Below, piece after piece: positions 52,050 to 62,628 of a DNA stretch of 64,000 nt; positions within the stretch are counted from its first letter, which is position 1, and every line of letters starts with the position of its first letter. The notes beneath the pieces are model-generated. The model worked only from the letters and a program-made list of their open reading frames with translations. It made no database searches and was not told the origin of the DNA. Both the position numbers and the translations under genes were made by a program. The stretch covers positions 224,001 through 288,000 of the forward strand of contig CAWVVV010000002.1 of assembly GCA_963933835.1 (NCBI GenBank), in the 5' to 3' direction. The DNA is from an uncultured Puniceicoccaceae bacterium. GTDB taxonomy: Bacteria > Verrucomicrobiota > Verrucomicrobiia > Opitutales > Oceanipulchritudinaceae.

Positions 52050-52722
52050 TGACTTTTTGTTGATTGCGACGACGCCACCACGAAACGGCCACCATCGCGA
52101 CAAAGAAGAGGAAGAGCCCGAAGAGAGCGTATTTGAAGTTTCCTTCAAAGAGACTTCCACCGACAATAATCATACCTGCGCTGAGAGACCCTTGGGAGAG
52201 AACGGACCAAATCATGTAGCCACGGAATGGCACTCCTCCGATAGCCAGGCCATAGTTTTGCAAAACAAAGGGGAGGGGAGAGAGCCTGACCATGATCGTT
52301 ACCGCGACGTGGTTTTCGGCCGTAATTTGAGGCATTTCCATCCCTTTGCGCTCAACCCATTTTAGGATAAACTCGCGCCCAAATCCTGCGCTTACCCAAT
52401 AGCAGAGGGCGCAATTTCCTGCGATACAGATCAAAGAGGTGAGGAGTCCGCCGAAAAGGCTTCCCGCGACAGCTGCGACGGTGAGGTAGAAGACACTGAC
52501 AGGAGTGCCAAGAGCGGGAAGCATTATAAAGGCAGCGATGTAAAGTGGCAGGGGAATTCCAAGCAGCCATGCTTGCAGGTTCTGCATTCCCGCGAGCGCG
52601 AGCGCCTTCAACTCTTCACCGCTGAGGCCGTTCGCACGAATGATGACGAATGCGATGACGATGAGAAGCACTCCAAAGAGGGCGATCCACTTTATCGGTA
52701 GTTTGAGTTTATGTTCAGGCAC
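52033..52722 (-). CDS. VTT/DedA (TVP38/TMEM64) family membrane protein
   Basis: Multi-TM protein with VRLSPLPFVLQNYGL. Confidence 0.85.
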   Translation of the reverse strand: MPEHKLKLPIKWIALFGVLLIVIAFVIIRANGLSGEELKALALAGMQNLQAWLLGIPLPLYIAAFIMLPALGTPVSVFYLTVAAVAGSLFGGLLTSLICIAGNCALCYWVSAGFGREFILKWVERKGMEMPQITAENHVAVTIMVRLSPLPFVLQNYGLAIGGVPFRGYMIWSVLSQGSLSAGMIIVGGSLFEGNFKYALFGLFLFFVAMVAVSWWRRRNQQKVNVAGA

Positions 52723-52819
52723 GGAATCAAATAGGGGCGAGTCGTCTTAGCTAGTTGTGACGATGCTGAGTCGGAGGCGGAGGGAAAGCTTCTTCCATCG
52801 AATGGCTATGCGCGTACAT

Positions 52820-52851
52820 AAAAAAAGCGTGCCTCTTTCGAGGACACGCTT
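52820..52851 (-). terminator. Intrinsic terminator of the pilin gene
   Basis: AAGCGTG-CCTC-TTTC-GAGG-A-CACGCTT hairpin with A7 tract. Confidence 0.8.
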
Positions 52852-52874
52852 GAGTTATAAAAACTTCGAACTGA

Positions 52875-53210
52875 TTAGAAGGTATATGTAATGCTACCTG
52901 TCGTGATCGACGAATCAGTGGCACCGATAGTGAAAGCGTATGTTTCACCACGAACAGCTGTAGGCGCTGCTGAGATATACTTGTCAGTACCATAGAGATC
53001 TGTGGTAGCGACGGCTTGTGTTACACCGCTTTCGAGCATGTACTGCTGAGCAGCTGATGCAACTTGGCGCAAGTTGTTCGTGATCGCCTTGTCTTGTGAT
53101 GTTGTGCGGACCTTTTGGAACGCGGGGATAGCCATAGCGGCCAAGAGGCCGATGATGACCACAACGATCATAATTTCAACGAGGGTGAATCCTTTTTTGC
53201 TATTCTTCAT
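52875..53210 (-). CDS. Type IV pilin-like protein, probable major pilin
   Basis: KKG/FTLVEIMIVVVIIGLLAAMAIPAF class III signal; own AT-rich leader and terminator. Confidence 0.92.
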   Translation of the reverse strand: MKNSKKGFTLVEIMIVVVIIGLLAAMAIPAFQKVRTTSQDKAITNNLRQVASAAQQYMLESGVTQAVATTDLYGTDKYISAAPTAVRGETYAFTIGATDSSITTGSITYTF

Positions 53211-53330
53211 GATGTTCTCTCTTTTCTTAGTATTATTGGTTTATGATAGATTTGTAGAAAATAAAATTCTTTTTTGCAAGCCCCTGAGGGGCTCTTTGGT
53301 CATCTTTGCAAATTTGTTAAGCTTTGATAA

Positions 53331-54383
53331 TTAGTAAGCTAGGGATCTATGCGTAGTCTCTTCCAAGGTGCCAAAGACCATTTTTCCGGAGGTCGATGAG
53401 TGAACGTTCTGAACGTGTACTTCCACCGTTGAACCGATTTCGGAGGCCGCATCCTCGACCACGACCATCGCCCCATCGGCTAAGTACCCAACAGCTTGCC
53501 CAGGTTCCTTGCCCGACTTCATCAGCTCGACTTCGAGCGTCTCCCCGGCGTTGGTTTCCGGAGCGAGGACTTTTGCAAGTGTTGTTATATTTAACCATTC
53601 GACGTTTTGTAGATCAGCAAGCTGTGCCAAATTGAAATCGGTCGTGAGTATCTTAGCTTTAAGCGATTGCGCTAAAAAAACTGATTTTGCGTCAATTTTA
53701 CGGTAATCTTCGATCGTACTCTCGTGAATACGTAGATCGACGTGGCTTAAATTCTTGAGCTTGGCTACGGATTCGAGGCCGCGACGCCCTCTACTACGGC
53801 GCTGTGGATCATTGCTGTCGGCAATAAAGTGCAATTCATCGAGGACGAACTGAGGGACGATCAAGGCGTGGCCGAGAAACTTGTTTTCGGCAATACCTGT
53901 GATGCGACCATCGATCAGCGCGCTGGCGTCTGTCACTGCGAGAGGAACATCGACCCCATGAGGCACAAACCGAACGTAGGGAATGACGAGGTTGAACTCG
54001 TCTTTGCCGCGCAGGGCGATGACGGCTCCTAGATACATCAGGACGGTAAAGACGGCGACGCGGGCGATAAAGAAATTCTGCAGGTAGATCGCACTTGCTT
54101 GGGTGGGATCATCAAAAGTGAGATCAAAGAGCGGTGAATTCGTAATGAAGTAGGCGGCGAGCCAGCCCGTGAAAAGGCCAAATGAGATGGCTGAAAGCCC
54201 GCGCAACGAAAAGCCTTTGAGGAGGATGTCAGTAAGGATGACGAGGGCGCCGAGGGCACCGCCGCCGACCATTGCTCGGATGCCTTGCGTTTCCCAACCG
54301 GGAATCACGAGCGTCGAGATATAGCTTCCTGCGATACAGAGGAGGAAGAAGAAGATTCTGATGGCGCGTAGCGTGGCCGACAT
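53331..54383 (-). CDS. YacL-like membrane protein with PIN and TRAM domains
   Basis: TM helices, DASALIDGRI, RGRRGL, TTDFNL, GKEPGQAVGYLADGAMVVV. Confidence 0.92.
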   Translation of the reverse strand: MSATLRAIRIFFFLLCIAGSYISTLVIPGWETQGIRAMVGGGALGALVILTDILLKGFSLRGLSAISFGLFTGWLAAYFITNSPLFDLTFDDPTQASAIYLQNFFIARVAVFTVLMYLGAVIALRGKDEFNLVIPYVRFVPHGVDVPLAVTDASALIDGRITGIAENKFLGHALIVPQFVLDELHFIADSNDPQRRSRGRRGLESVAKLKNLSHVDLRIHESTIEDYRKIDAKSVFLAQSLKAKILTTDFNLAQLADLQNVEWLNITTLAKVLAPETNAGETLEVELMKSGKEPGQAVGYLADGAMVVVEDAASEIGSTVEVHVQNVHSSTSGKMVFGTLEETTHRSLAY

Positions 54384-54519
54384 AGGTGTCTCTCATATCG
54401 GCCCGTAAAGCGTCGGCCTTTACCCATTCATGCGTTTAGACGCGGAATTTCGTTAAATTTTTTACAATTGTGTTCTGATTTGCCGATAAAGAGTTCTAGT
54501 TTGTTCTCACCGATTCACC

Positions 54520-56421
54520 ATGGCCGCAAAGACCGCTCTTAGAGTTTCTCGTCAAACCACCCTCATGCTAGCCATCAGCTTACTGATGGCCGTCGTGACG
54601 TTGGTGGGGTGCCTCTTCGTCATCAGCCCGCCTCAGTCGGTCTTCCTCATCAAGTATGTGGGCTATTGGCTGATGTCGGCAACGCTTGCGCTGTTTTTCG
54701 TCATCTGCTGGAAGGACCTAAAGGAGCTGGGCGCTGTGCTGAGAAGCCATTGCCGAGCTCACAAGGTGGCGATTGCGTTCGTTCTTTTGCTCTCCGGTTT
54801 CTTGCATCTGCACGAGATTCACATGATGAAGATACTGGCTGATGAGGCAGTCATCTCGGGAACTGCACAGAGTATGCATGAGGATCGCTATGTTGCCATT
54901 CCATTACAGGCGCACTACTTGAATGGGCACTTGGAGCTGATGACGGATATGCCGGACAAGCGGCCATATCTGGTCCCATACCTGTTCTCGGCGCTGCATG
55001 ACTTGACCGGTTTTCGCGCTGAAAATGCCTTTATCCTCAATGCGCTGGCCGGAACCGGCCTGCTTCTTGCGCTGTATTTTTGGGGCTTCCACTTAGCGGG
55101 CGTTCGAATGGGACTGACTCTAGCCCTGCTCATGGCGGGTTTGCCGTTGCTGGCTCAGGTGGTGACTTCTGCAGGGTTGGAACCAGTGAACGCATTTCTC
55201 TTGGTCGCCTTTGCCTTGGCTGGCTGGCGGTATTTTCGGAGTTCGGGAATAGAGGGCCTGACCCTCTTTATCTTCCTCGGCGTTATCCTTTCGCAGGCTC
55301 GCTACGAATCGATCCTTTATACGGCGTCGATTCCCGTCCTCTTTATTTTAAAGGGACTGCGCGAGAGGACCTTTAGCCTGACATGGTTCTCCGTCTTTTC
55401 ACCAGCCCTTTTGGTCCCGCCGTTGCTCGTGCAAAAGATCTTTCAGAGCAACCGCTCCTATTTACAGCTCGATAGCGCTGATGAGGTAGCGTTCGGGTTG
55501 GGGTTTTTGTCCGAGAATATCTCCCATGCACTCTACTATCTTTTCAATCTAGGCATATATAATACAAATGCACCGTTGATATCGGTGATTTGTGTCGTCG
55601 CTTTTTTGTTTATTTGCCTGCGCATACCGAAGTGGATCGGACAAACTCATGTCGTATGGGTTTGGGTGGCTATTGGCCTGCCGACGTTGTTTAACTTTGG
55701 TCTCCTCATGTTCTACTACTGGGGAAATCTAGATGACTTGATGGTCTCTCGCCTCTGCTTGCCACTACTGATTTTTGGCCTCATGGCCGTTCCGATTATT
55801 CTTCAAGAACAGTACCGAAATAAAAGACTACCACTTGCATTCCCAATTTTGGCCGCCGCACATCTCTTAACGTTCACTCTCGCTTCGAACACACAGGGCG
55901 AAGCAACGAGTCGATTGAAGCCGGCCATTGCGTTGGAATTCGGATACGAGCAGCTGAGTAAACTACCCGCTGAATCGAGACCCTTTGTATATAGCAGAAC
56001 GAGCACGGCCTTTATCATCAAAGGCTATGCCTCATCGTATCCAGAGGCCCTCTTCTATAAACTGAATTCAATTCCCTGGATGCAAGACATCGGACTCTAT
56101 GACGACGTCTATTTGCTCCAGCAGTATAGAGTCAATCTAACGACGGGGGATGAAGTGGAATACATGTCTCCACCGCTGGATCTTTTCTTTGATAAAGAAG
56201 TTGTAGCGGAAATGTGGGTCGACGCCATGTGGCTCGTGCGTTTTTCCAGAGTGACGGGAGTTCGCGCTGTCACGGATAAAGCAATGAGTGACTGGCTTGA
56301 AGTGCACAATTTAGATCCGACAGAGTATGAAGAGATGGTGACGCCCAACTACACTTGGCCCACAGATGGATACGAGGCCGAGGGCGACTACCTTAAGGAC
56401 TGGTACACGCGCCTCCCTTGA
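54520..56421 (+). CDS. Polytopic GT-C-like (ArnT/PMT-type) glycosyltransferase
   Basis: More than 10 hydrophobic segments, acidic ADE motif in the first large loop, ARYE motif, soluble C-terminal domain; adjacent GT2 gene. Confidence 0.65.
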   Translation: MAAKTALRVSRQTTLMLAISLLMAVVTLVGCLFVISPPQSVFLIKYVGYWLMSATLALFFVICWKDLKELGAVLRSHCRAHKVAIAFVLLLSGFLHLHEIHMMKILADEAVISGTAQSMHEDRYVAIPLQAHYLNGHLELMTDMPDKRPYLVPYLFSALHDLTGFRAENAFILNALAGTGLLLALYFWGFHLAGVRMGLTLALLMAGLPLLAQVVTSAGLEPVNAFLLVAFALAGWRYFRSSGIEGLTLFIFLGVILSQARYESILYTASIPVLFILKGLRERTFSLTWFSVFSPALLVPPLLVQKIFQSNRSYLQLDSADEVAFGLGFLSENISHALYYLFNLGIYNTNAPLISVICVVAFLFICLRIPKWIGQTHVVWVWVAIGLPTLFNFGLLMFYYWGNLDDLMVSRLCLPLLIFGLMAVPIILQEQYRNKRLPLAFPILAAAHLLTFTLASNTQGEATSRLKPAIALEFGYEQLSKLPAESRPFVYSRTSTAFIIKGYASSYPEALFYKLNSIPWMQDIGLYDDVYLLQQYRVNLTTGDEVEYMSPPLDLFFDKEVVAEMWVDAMWLVRFSRVTGVRAVTDKAMSDWLEVHNLDPTEYEEMVTPNYTWPTDGYEAEGDYLKDWYTRLP

Positions 56422-56427
56422 CCTAGA

Positions 56428-57174
56428 ATGACTGATATAACTTACGATTTAAGTCTCTTGGAGGCGAGCGAAGCGAAGTGGAAATCGTCGCCCGCTTTGC
56501 GCTACATTTATGGCCGGTTTTACCAACAAGCTCTAGGCTGGATCGTCGATGGCCCCTGTCTTGAGCTCGGCGCTGGTATCGGCGCGGGCCGCGAGCTCAT
56601 TCCCGGCCTCGTAACAAGCGATCTGGTTCAGACTCGGTTTGTCGATCAAGCGGAGGATTGTTACGAGGTCACAAGACACCCTGATGGTTGGTCTGGCCTG
56701 CTTGCGATTGATGTTTTTCATCACCTTACTGAGCCGTTGCGATTTTTAGAATCGGCCGCGAAGGCCCTGCGCCCTGGAGGACGGCTGGTTCTCGTCGAGC
56801 CTGCAGCAACACCGGTTGCGATGCCGCTATACAATCGTTTTCACGTCGAACCGATGCGGCCGAGCGAACTGGATCCTCCCTTTTCATTCGACGTAGATGA
56901 GAAAGGTGAATTTGCCAACATGGGGATGGCGGTTGCTCTGTTTCTCCATCATCGCGAGTGGTTTGAAGCGCACTGTGAAGAGCTTGGGTTACGCCTCCTT
57001 GAGGTGAAGTTTTCAGATCCATTAGCGTATCCACTGACGGGCGGATATTCTGGCCGCCAAAGGCTCCCAGATAGCTGCATCCGATTTTTGGGAAAGTTTG
57101 AGAAAATTCTCCCATCCTTTATTCACCGCCTCTTCGGCTGGCGCATGACCGTCGTCCTTGAGGCCTGCAACTGA
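56428..57174 (+). CDS. Class I SAM-dependent methyltransferase
   Basis: LELGAGIG, DVFHHL, LRPGGRLVLVEP. Confidence 0.9.
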   Translation: MTDITYDLSLLEASEAKWKSSPALRYIYGRFYQQALGWIVDGPCLELGAGIGAGRELIPGLVTSDLVQTRFVDQAEDCYEVTRHPDGWSGLLAIDVFHHLTEPLRFLESAAKALRPGGRLVLVEPAATPVAMPLYNRFHVEPMRPSELDPPFSFDVDEKGEFANMGMAVALFLHHREWFEAHCEELGLRLLEVKFSDPLAYPLTGGYSGRQRLPDSCIRFLGKFEKILPSFIHRLFGWRMTVVLEACN

Positions 57175-57185
57175 GTCTATTTATT

Positions 57186-58664
57186 ATGTCCGCACCCAAA
57201 CGATTTAACTACAAGGCCTACTTTGAGGCTGTCTCGAAGTCACAAGAACGCGCCCAACGCTATCAAAAAGGCTTTCATCGGCAGATCGCGGGGCTTCTCA
57301 AACACCACGTCCTCCCGGGGCAGCGTATTTTGGAATTGGGCTCGGCCCGTGGTGATTTGCTCGCCGCGCTTGAGCCGAGTTATGGGCTAGGCCTCGACTT
57401 GAGTGAAAATCAAGTCGACCGGGCAAAGAGGGCGCACTCCGACCCCTCACTAGAATTTCGCCAACACGATGTTGAGGAAGGGCTTCCGGTCGAGGCCTAC
57501 GATGTCATCTTGATGGATTACCTCATCGGCTATCTGCCTGATGTGCAGAAGGTCTTGGATCTTTTGAGGTCCTGCAGGCACCCGCGGACGCGCCTCTATA
57601 TCACCTCGCTCAATTATATCTGGAAGCCATTTCTGGTTCTTGCCCAGCGCCTGGGATTGGTCTCTGCCCAGCCGGCGAATAACTGTTTGAATAGTCAGGA
57701 TTTGATTAACCTTCTCGAGCTCAGTGGCTGGGAAGTCGTGCAACAGGGTAGTGAACAATTATTCCCATTTGAGATCCCGTTTATTTCTAGCTTCTTTAAC
57801 CGGTTTTTGGTGCGCCTCCCGGGTCTTCGGCACCTTGGTTGTTCGCTCTTTTTGACTGCACGACCGAAGCTTGAGCCACGCCTGACCGAAGAAGTTTCTT
57901 GTAGTATCGTTATCCCCGCTCGGAACGAGTCGAGCAACATCCGCGCAGCGCTTGAAACGATCCCAGTTCTTGGCAAGGGGACCGAAGTGATTATCGTCGA
58001 AGGCCACAGCACAGACGATACGTGGGAGGTTGTTCAGCGTGAGTGCGAAGCGTATGAAGGACCGCATAAATTACATTGGTGTCAGCAGCCCGGAAAAGGG
58101 AAATGGGATGCTGTCTACGAAGGCTTTAAGCATGCCAAGGGTGATGTATTAACAATCCTCGACGGCGACCTCACTGTCCCTCCGAGCGATCTGACAAAGT
58201 TCTACGATGCGATCGCTTCCGGTAATGCCGAGTTTGTGAATGGTTCCCGTCTAGTTTATCCGATGGAGAATAGGGCCATGCGTTTCTTGAACTTTATCGG
58301 AAACAAGTTCTTTGCTATGACCTTGAGCTTCATTCTCGGGCAGCCGGTTAAGGACAGTCTGTGCGGGACCAAGATGATGCTAAAGAGCGATTTTTGGCGG
58401 CTAATGAAACGGATTGAGGAGTTTGGTGACTTTGATCCCTTCGGAGATTTTAATCTCCTCTTTGGGAGTTCACTGCTAGACCTTAAGATCCGTGACTTGC
58501 CAATTCGCTATCGTGAACGGACATACGGCGATACGAATATTCGGCGTTTCTACCACGGCCAGATTCTACTGCGGATGTCTTGGTTCGGGCTCCTGAAACT
58601 GCGTTTCCACTCTTTGCGCACGAGACAGATTCGGGAAAAAGAAAAGCACCTCGCCGCAAAATAA
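57186..58664 (+). CDS. Methyltransferase-GT2 (DPM1-like polyprenol-phosphate glycosyltransferase) fusion
   Basis: ILELGSARG; SIVIPARNE, GKGK, LDGD, VNGSRL, DSLCGTK, YRERTYG. Confidence 0.9.
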   Translation: MSAPKRFNYKAYFEAVSKSQERAQRYQKGFHRQIAGLLKHHVLPGQRILELGSARGDLLAALEPSYGLGLDLSENQVDRAKRAHSDPSLEFRQHDVEEGLPVEAYDVILMDYLIGYLPDVQKVLDLLRSCRHPRTRLYITSLNYIWKPFLVLAQRLGLVSAQPANNCLNSQDLINLLELSGWEVVQQGSEQLFPFEIPFISSFFNRFLVRLPGLRHLGCSLFLTARPKLEPRLTEEVSCSIVIPARNESSNIRAALETIPVLGKGTEVIIVEGHSTDDTWEVVQRECEAYEGPHKLHWCQQPGKGKWDAVYEGFKHAKGDVLTILDGDLTVPPSDLTKFYDAIASGNAEFVNGSRLVYPMENRAMRFLNFIGNKFFAMTLSFILGQPVKDSLCGTKMMLKSDFWRLMKRIEEFGDFDPFGDFNLLFGSSLLDLKIRDLPIRYRERTYGDTNIRRFYHGQILLRMSWFGLLKLRFHSLRTRQIREKEKHLAAK

Positions 58665-58703
58665 GGGGAGATGCTTTGAAAGAAAATCGGGGTTAGCTGT
58701 TGA

Positions 58704-59192
58704 TTACTCTGAGCTCTTTAGCGTCTGGCGCGCCCAGTCCTCGAGCAGCGTCATTTCGTATTTGAAATGCGAATTTCCGATGCTCGTGATTCCGAAGTCA
58801 AAGTTCAGATCCTTGATCGATTCTTCACCTTCCGCAACGATCGCACCGCTTGGGTCGCGCAGGGTATATTTGAAGTCCATCGATGGGGGATAGATGCCTT
58901 CTACGTAGCGAATGTCGGAATTCTGCCGATTGCGCCATGGCTGGATGTCGCCCGCCATATCAATATTGTCGAATGTGATTTCGAGTTTTCGGTCTTCGCC
59001 AACAATTTTTTTCAGTCGGAGGCTTCGTTTTACTTCTTTCACGAAGATGTTTTTCGTCTTTTCCTCCGACAAGCCTTGGAGAGAGAAATCTGTGTAGTTG
59101 TCGAGGTCTTCAAAATTGAGCTTAAGGGTCGCGGCATTGAGCGCGGTAGAAAGAGCCAGGAGGGCGGTGGTCGCTAGGGTAATGTGCTTCAT
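58704..59192 (-). CDS. Secreted DUF3016-like protein
   Basis: Signal peptide, YTDF, DMAGDI, DIRYVEGIYPP, YEMTLLEDW. Confidence 0.75.
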   Translation of the reverse strand: MKHITLATTALLALSTALNAATLKLNFEDLDNYTDFSLQGLSEEKTKNIFVKEVKRSLRLKKIVGEDRKLEITFDNIDMAGDIQPWRNRQNSDIRYVEGIYPPSMDFKYTLRDPSGAIVAEGEESIKDLNFDFGITSIGNSHFKYEMTLLEDWARQTLKSSE

Positions 59193-59222
59193 AGTTCTCT
59201 ATGTGTGTTAATTGATGCTAAA

Positions 59223-59250
59223 TACGATATAACTAAGAGGCCTGGATGCA
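59223..59250 (-). promoter_or_regulatory. Candidate ECF-sigma promoter
   Basis: Minus strand TGCATCC-N17-CGTA, 30 bp upstream of the DUF3016-like gene. Confidence 0.35.
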
Positions 59251-59307
59251 GAATTTTATTCTCAAAAAGTATCCACGGTTCCTCCTTTTGTCAACTTTTC
59301 GACCGTA

Positions 59308-61831
59308 TTAGCGCCACTCGTGCTTTGGATAACGTCCCCGGAGCTCCTTTTTGACCGCCTGGTAGGAGCCCTGCCAAAAGGCGTCGAGGTCATCCGTGAG
59401 CTGAGCAGGCCTTTGATTTGGAGCAAGGAGCTCCACCCGGGGCCGGACGCGGCCTTCGGCTAGGGCGAAGCTGGCGTGAGGGAGGTCGTAGAATTTCTGT
59501 AGCTGGCCCGAGACGACAGGCGAGCCCTCCTCGGGATAGCGGACACGAAATCGCTTTCGGTCTCCAAAATTCAGTTCCCGTGGAGCTAGTCGTTCCACTT
59601 CAGGTGCGAGACCCGCTGGCATCCAGTCTTCCATCACAGGCATGACAGGCTTCTTTTTGATTTCTGAATAGCTCTTTGCTCCGAAACAAAGCTGCTCAAT
59701 AACGAGCTCTTTATCCTCCTCGGTAAAAGGGGTGAAACCGTAGTCAGCGCATGTCTGGGCGAGAAAGTTGACGCGAGATATCCACTCGTCGACACGGTGG
59801 GTCCATTCCTTGAGCACGACATCACCTCTCCGAACGGCTTCGGCAAGGAGGCCGGCGGCCGCATCCGGGTCCACTTCGTTAGCCTCCTTGCTAGAAATGA
59901 CGAGTTCGCGGAAGCGTTCCTCCATCACGGTGACGATCCGCCCCTGGTTTCCCTCGAGGCGGGTTTCGCGCTGCGCAGTGAATTGGTCTTCGAAGCATTC
60001 TTTGAGCAAAGCAGGGTCAATCGGCGTGTTTTGAGTCAGAAAAACTGAGACCTCCTTGCCGATCGTGCGTTCCTGTAATTCGGTGGCGACGACCCATTCC
60101 GCAGTCCGTGCCAGGCTCTGGCGGTCGATGTCGCCACGGCGCCCACGCGCTGTTTGCGCACTGTAGTTTTGGCGGTTGAGCCTTTTGGCAACATTGTCCG
60201 CGAAGCCTGCGAGGAGTATTCTTTGAAGAGTCTCTAGGGTGAGAGCGGCGGGCTCGGTTTTGAACTGATCAATGTCTTTCAAGGCGCTGATGAGCTGGGC
60301 GACTGAGCGGGCTGTCTCGCGGGCCGCGTTCATCTTGATCCCGTGCGCCTTGCCCCAGGGGAGCGAAAATCGGGCTTGCTGGGCTCCCTGCCAAGCGAGG
60401 ATGAGGGCTAAGTGATCTGAGCCGAGGTCGATCGCAGGTTCCAGCAGGGCCTCTCGTTGCTTTTCGACCGATCGGTCAACTCGATGCTCTAAAATGGAGC
60501 GACTCTCGAGGAGGCCGGCCAAGGGGCAGCCCAGATCAGCTTGTTTTAGCTTTGCTGCTTCGAGAACAAGGGACCCTAGGCGAGGATGAAGTGGCAGGCG
60601 GGCAAGGTGTTTCCCCTTGGTTGTAAGACCGCTATTCAGATCGATGGCGCCGAGTTGGGTGAGCAGTTCCTCTGCTTCCTGGACGCGCTCTTTGTTAGGC
60701 GGATCAAACCATTCAAGGGACTCGATCGACTCAACCCCTGCGGCATGGAGCCCGAGGAGGGTTTCCGCTAGCTCCAATCGGTGGATTTCTGGAGCGAGGA
60801 AAGCTTGGCGATGGGCGTGCTCTGACTCTGTCCATAGGCGCAGGCAGCGCCCGGGAGCGACTCGCCCGGCCCGGCCCGCGCGTTGATCGGCCGAGGCGCG
60901 GCTTATGTTCTCTACAATCAAGGTATTGAGGCCGCGGCGGGCGTCATAGCCGGCGATCCGGGCCAGACCTGTCGATCACGAGACGAACCTCGGGGAGAGT
61001 GAGGGAAGTTTCGGCGATATTTGTCGCGACGATTACTTTGGGCCGATTCGAGGCGCGAAAGGCTCGATCTTGTTCCTCTGAGGCTTGTTCGCCGTGGAGG
61101 CGTAATATTTCATAAGGCCGCGCATCGGGCAGGGCTTCAAGGGCTTCGATCGTTTTACGAATTTCGAAGGCGCCCGGCATGAAGATCAAGCAGTCGCCTT
61201 CAAACCCGTTGCGCGCTTCTCGCCTAAAGGCACTTGCGACGTTTTTCCAAACAGGGGCACGGCTATCGACTTCGCTGGCTCTCGTATAAGCTATTTCAAC
61301 GGGGAAGGTGCGCCCATCGGAGCGGAGGGTTTGGGCCGGAGCTAGGTAGTCCTGCAGTCCCTCGGGGGAGAGGGTGGCGGACATCACAAATAGACGTAGA
61401 TCAGCTCGGTCTTCTTTCTGGAGACGCCGGACCATCGCGAGGCCCACATCGCCAGCGAGGTGTCGTTCGTGAAATTCATCAAAGATGACCGCCGCGACGC
61501 CTATGAGCTGTGGGTCATGTTGGAGTCGTCGTAGAAGAATACCCTCCGTGAGAAACACGATCCGGGTGGCGGCGGTCATCTTCTTGTCGTGGCGGATGTG
61601 ATAGCCGCCGTCTTTTCCTAGGGGCGTCTGCCATTCCTCTGCGACTCGGCGTGGCTGGAGCACGAGGATCGTTTTTTCAGACCCCGCGAGCTGCGCCAGC
61701 ATTTGGGGTATACGGGTGGATTTGCCCGATCCAGTCGGTGCGCTGAGGACAACGTTTTGTCCGGTGTTCCACAGCCCCTCGACGTCTGGAGACAGCGCAT
61801 CGATGGGCAGTGGTGTGAGGATATTTGCCAT
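59308..61831 (-). pseudogene. hrpB: ATP-dependent helicase HrpB with a frameshift near 60970 and an in-frame deletion in motif Ia
   Basis: APTGSGKST, DEFHER, MSAT, ATNIAETSLT; second frame ISRASADQRAGRAGR ... ELRGRYPKHEW. Confidence 0.9.
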
Positions 61832-61922
61832 GTTTCCCCGACCATTGGGGTGCACGGGGACGGTCATCAACAGTTTTGCGGTAAAATATTTTTGCCAAAC
61901 GAGGTAGAACCCTGAGTAATAG

Positions 61923-61953
61923 AAAGCCGACAGGTGTGGGACCTGTCGGCTTT
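61923..61953. terminator. Perfect 13-bp stem terminator downstream of hsp20
   Basis: AAAGCCGACAGGT-GTGGG-ACCTGTCGGCTTT. Confidence 0.85.
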
Positions 61954-62119
61954 TGAAGCCTCCTGAATATGGAGGGTACTCATTGCTTTGCTATCTCTTG
62001 TGTCTCTCACTCGAGAACTATGTCTGAATGAGGGTGTCTTAAGTCCTCATCTTGGTGTTAAAGGTTAGAGCTTTAAACATCCTCACCTATTCCAGTAGAC
62101 GCGCGTTTTTCTGAAGTGT

Positions 62120-62569
62120 TCAGGTGATTTCAATTTGGCGCGCTTTTGCCTGAGCCGCCTTGGGAAAGCTGACGGTCAAGATGCCGTTCTCCAGCGGAGC
62201 TTTTGCTCCTTCGAGGTCGAGGTGGCGCGGAAGGCGGACTTGGCTTTGGTAGCGAACTTTGCCGCCTCCAGTCCTTTCGTTGTCTTCCCCGTGGATGTTA
62301 TCGGCGCCCGGGTTCTCGGTGCTGACGGTGAGGACATTCTTCTCAACCTGAAGGTTAACGTCTTCCCGGCTCGTCCCAGGGACTTCGAAGATGAAATCGA
62401 AGCCTGCCTCGTTATCTTTGTAGCTCACGCGCTGGCTACGGGGGCTTTGATGCGTTTGTTCACTCGAGCGCCCAAGAGGAGCCAGGCGGGTCAGCGCGTC
62501 TTCGAAGAGGCTGCTGAAGTTGCCGAGGGAACTGTGAATGTCGGGTTGTTGGTATCTGATGAATTTCAT
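62120..62569 (-). CDS. Small heat shock protein (Hsp20/alpha-crystallin)
   Basis: EVPG..REDVNLQVEKNVLTVS, APLENGILTVSFPK, RQIEI. Confidence 0.93.
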   Translation of the reverse strand: MKFIRYQQPDIHSSLGNFSSLFEDALTRLAPLGRSSEQTHQSPRSQRVSYKDNEAGFDFIFEVPGTSREDVNLQVEKNVLTVSTENPGADNIHGEDNERTGGGKVRYQSQVRLPRHLDLEGAKAPLENGILTVSFPKAAQAKARQIEIT

Positions 62570-62612
62570 TGTTTTATCCGTTAATTGTTGGGTTAGGGTG
62601 TGCCCAACAGAT

Positions 62613-62628
62613 TGCACGGATGATACCA
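62613..62628 (-). promoter_or_regulatory. Candidate sigma-54 promoter of hsp20
   Basis: Minus strand TGGTATCATCCGTGCA = GG-N10-GC; palindromes upstream at 62646-62667 and 62692-62706. Confidence 0.55.

Noticed and set aside
52875..53210. Electrically conductive (e-pilin) candidate
   Set aside because: Only about 9 aromatics in 104 mature residues with long aromatic-free gaps, and no cytochrome context
56837..56852. parS-like sequence encoding FHVE in the methyltransferase
   Set aside because: About 4-5 mismatches and not palindromic; coincidental codons
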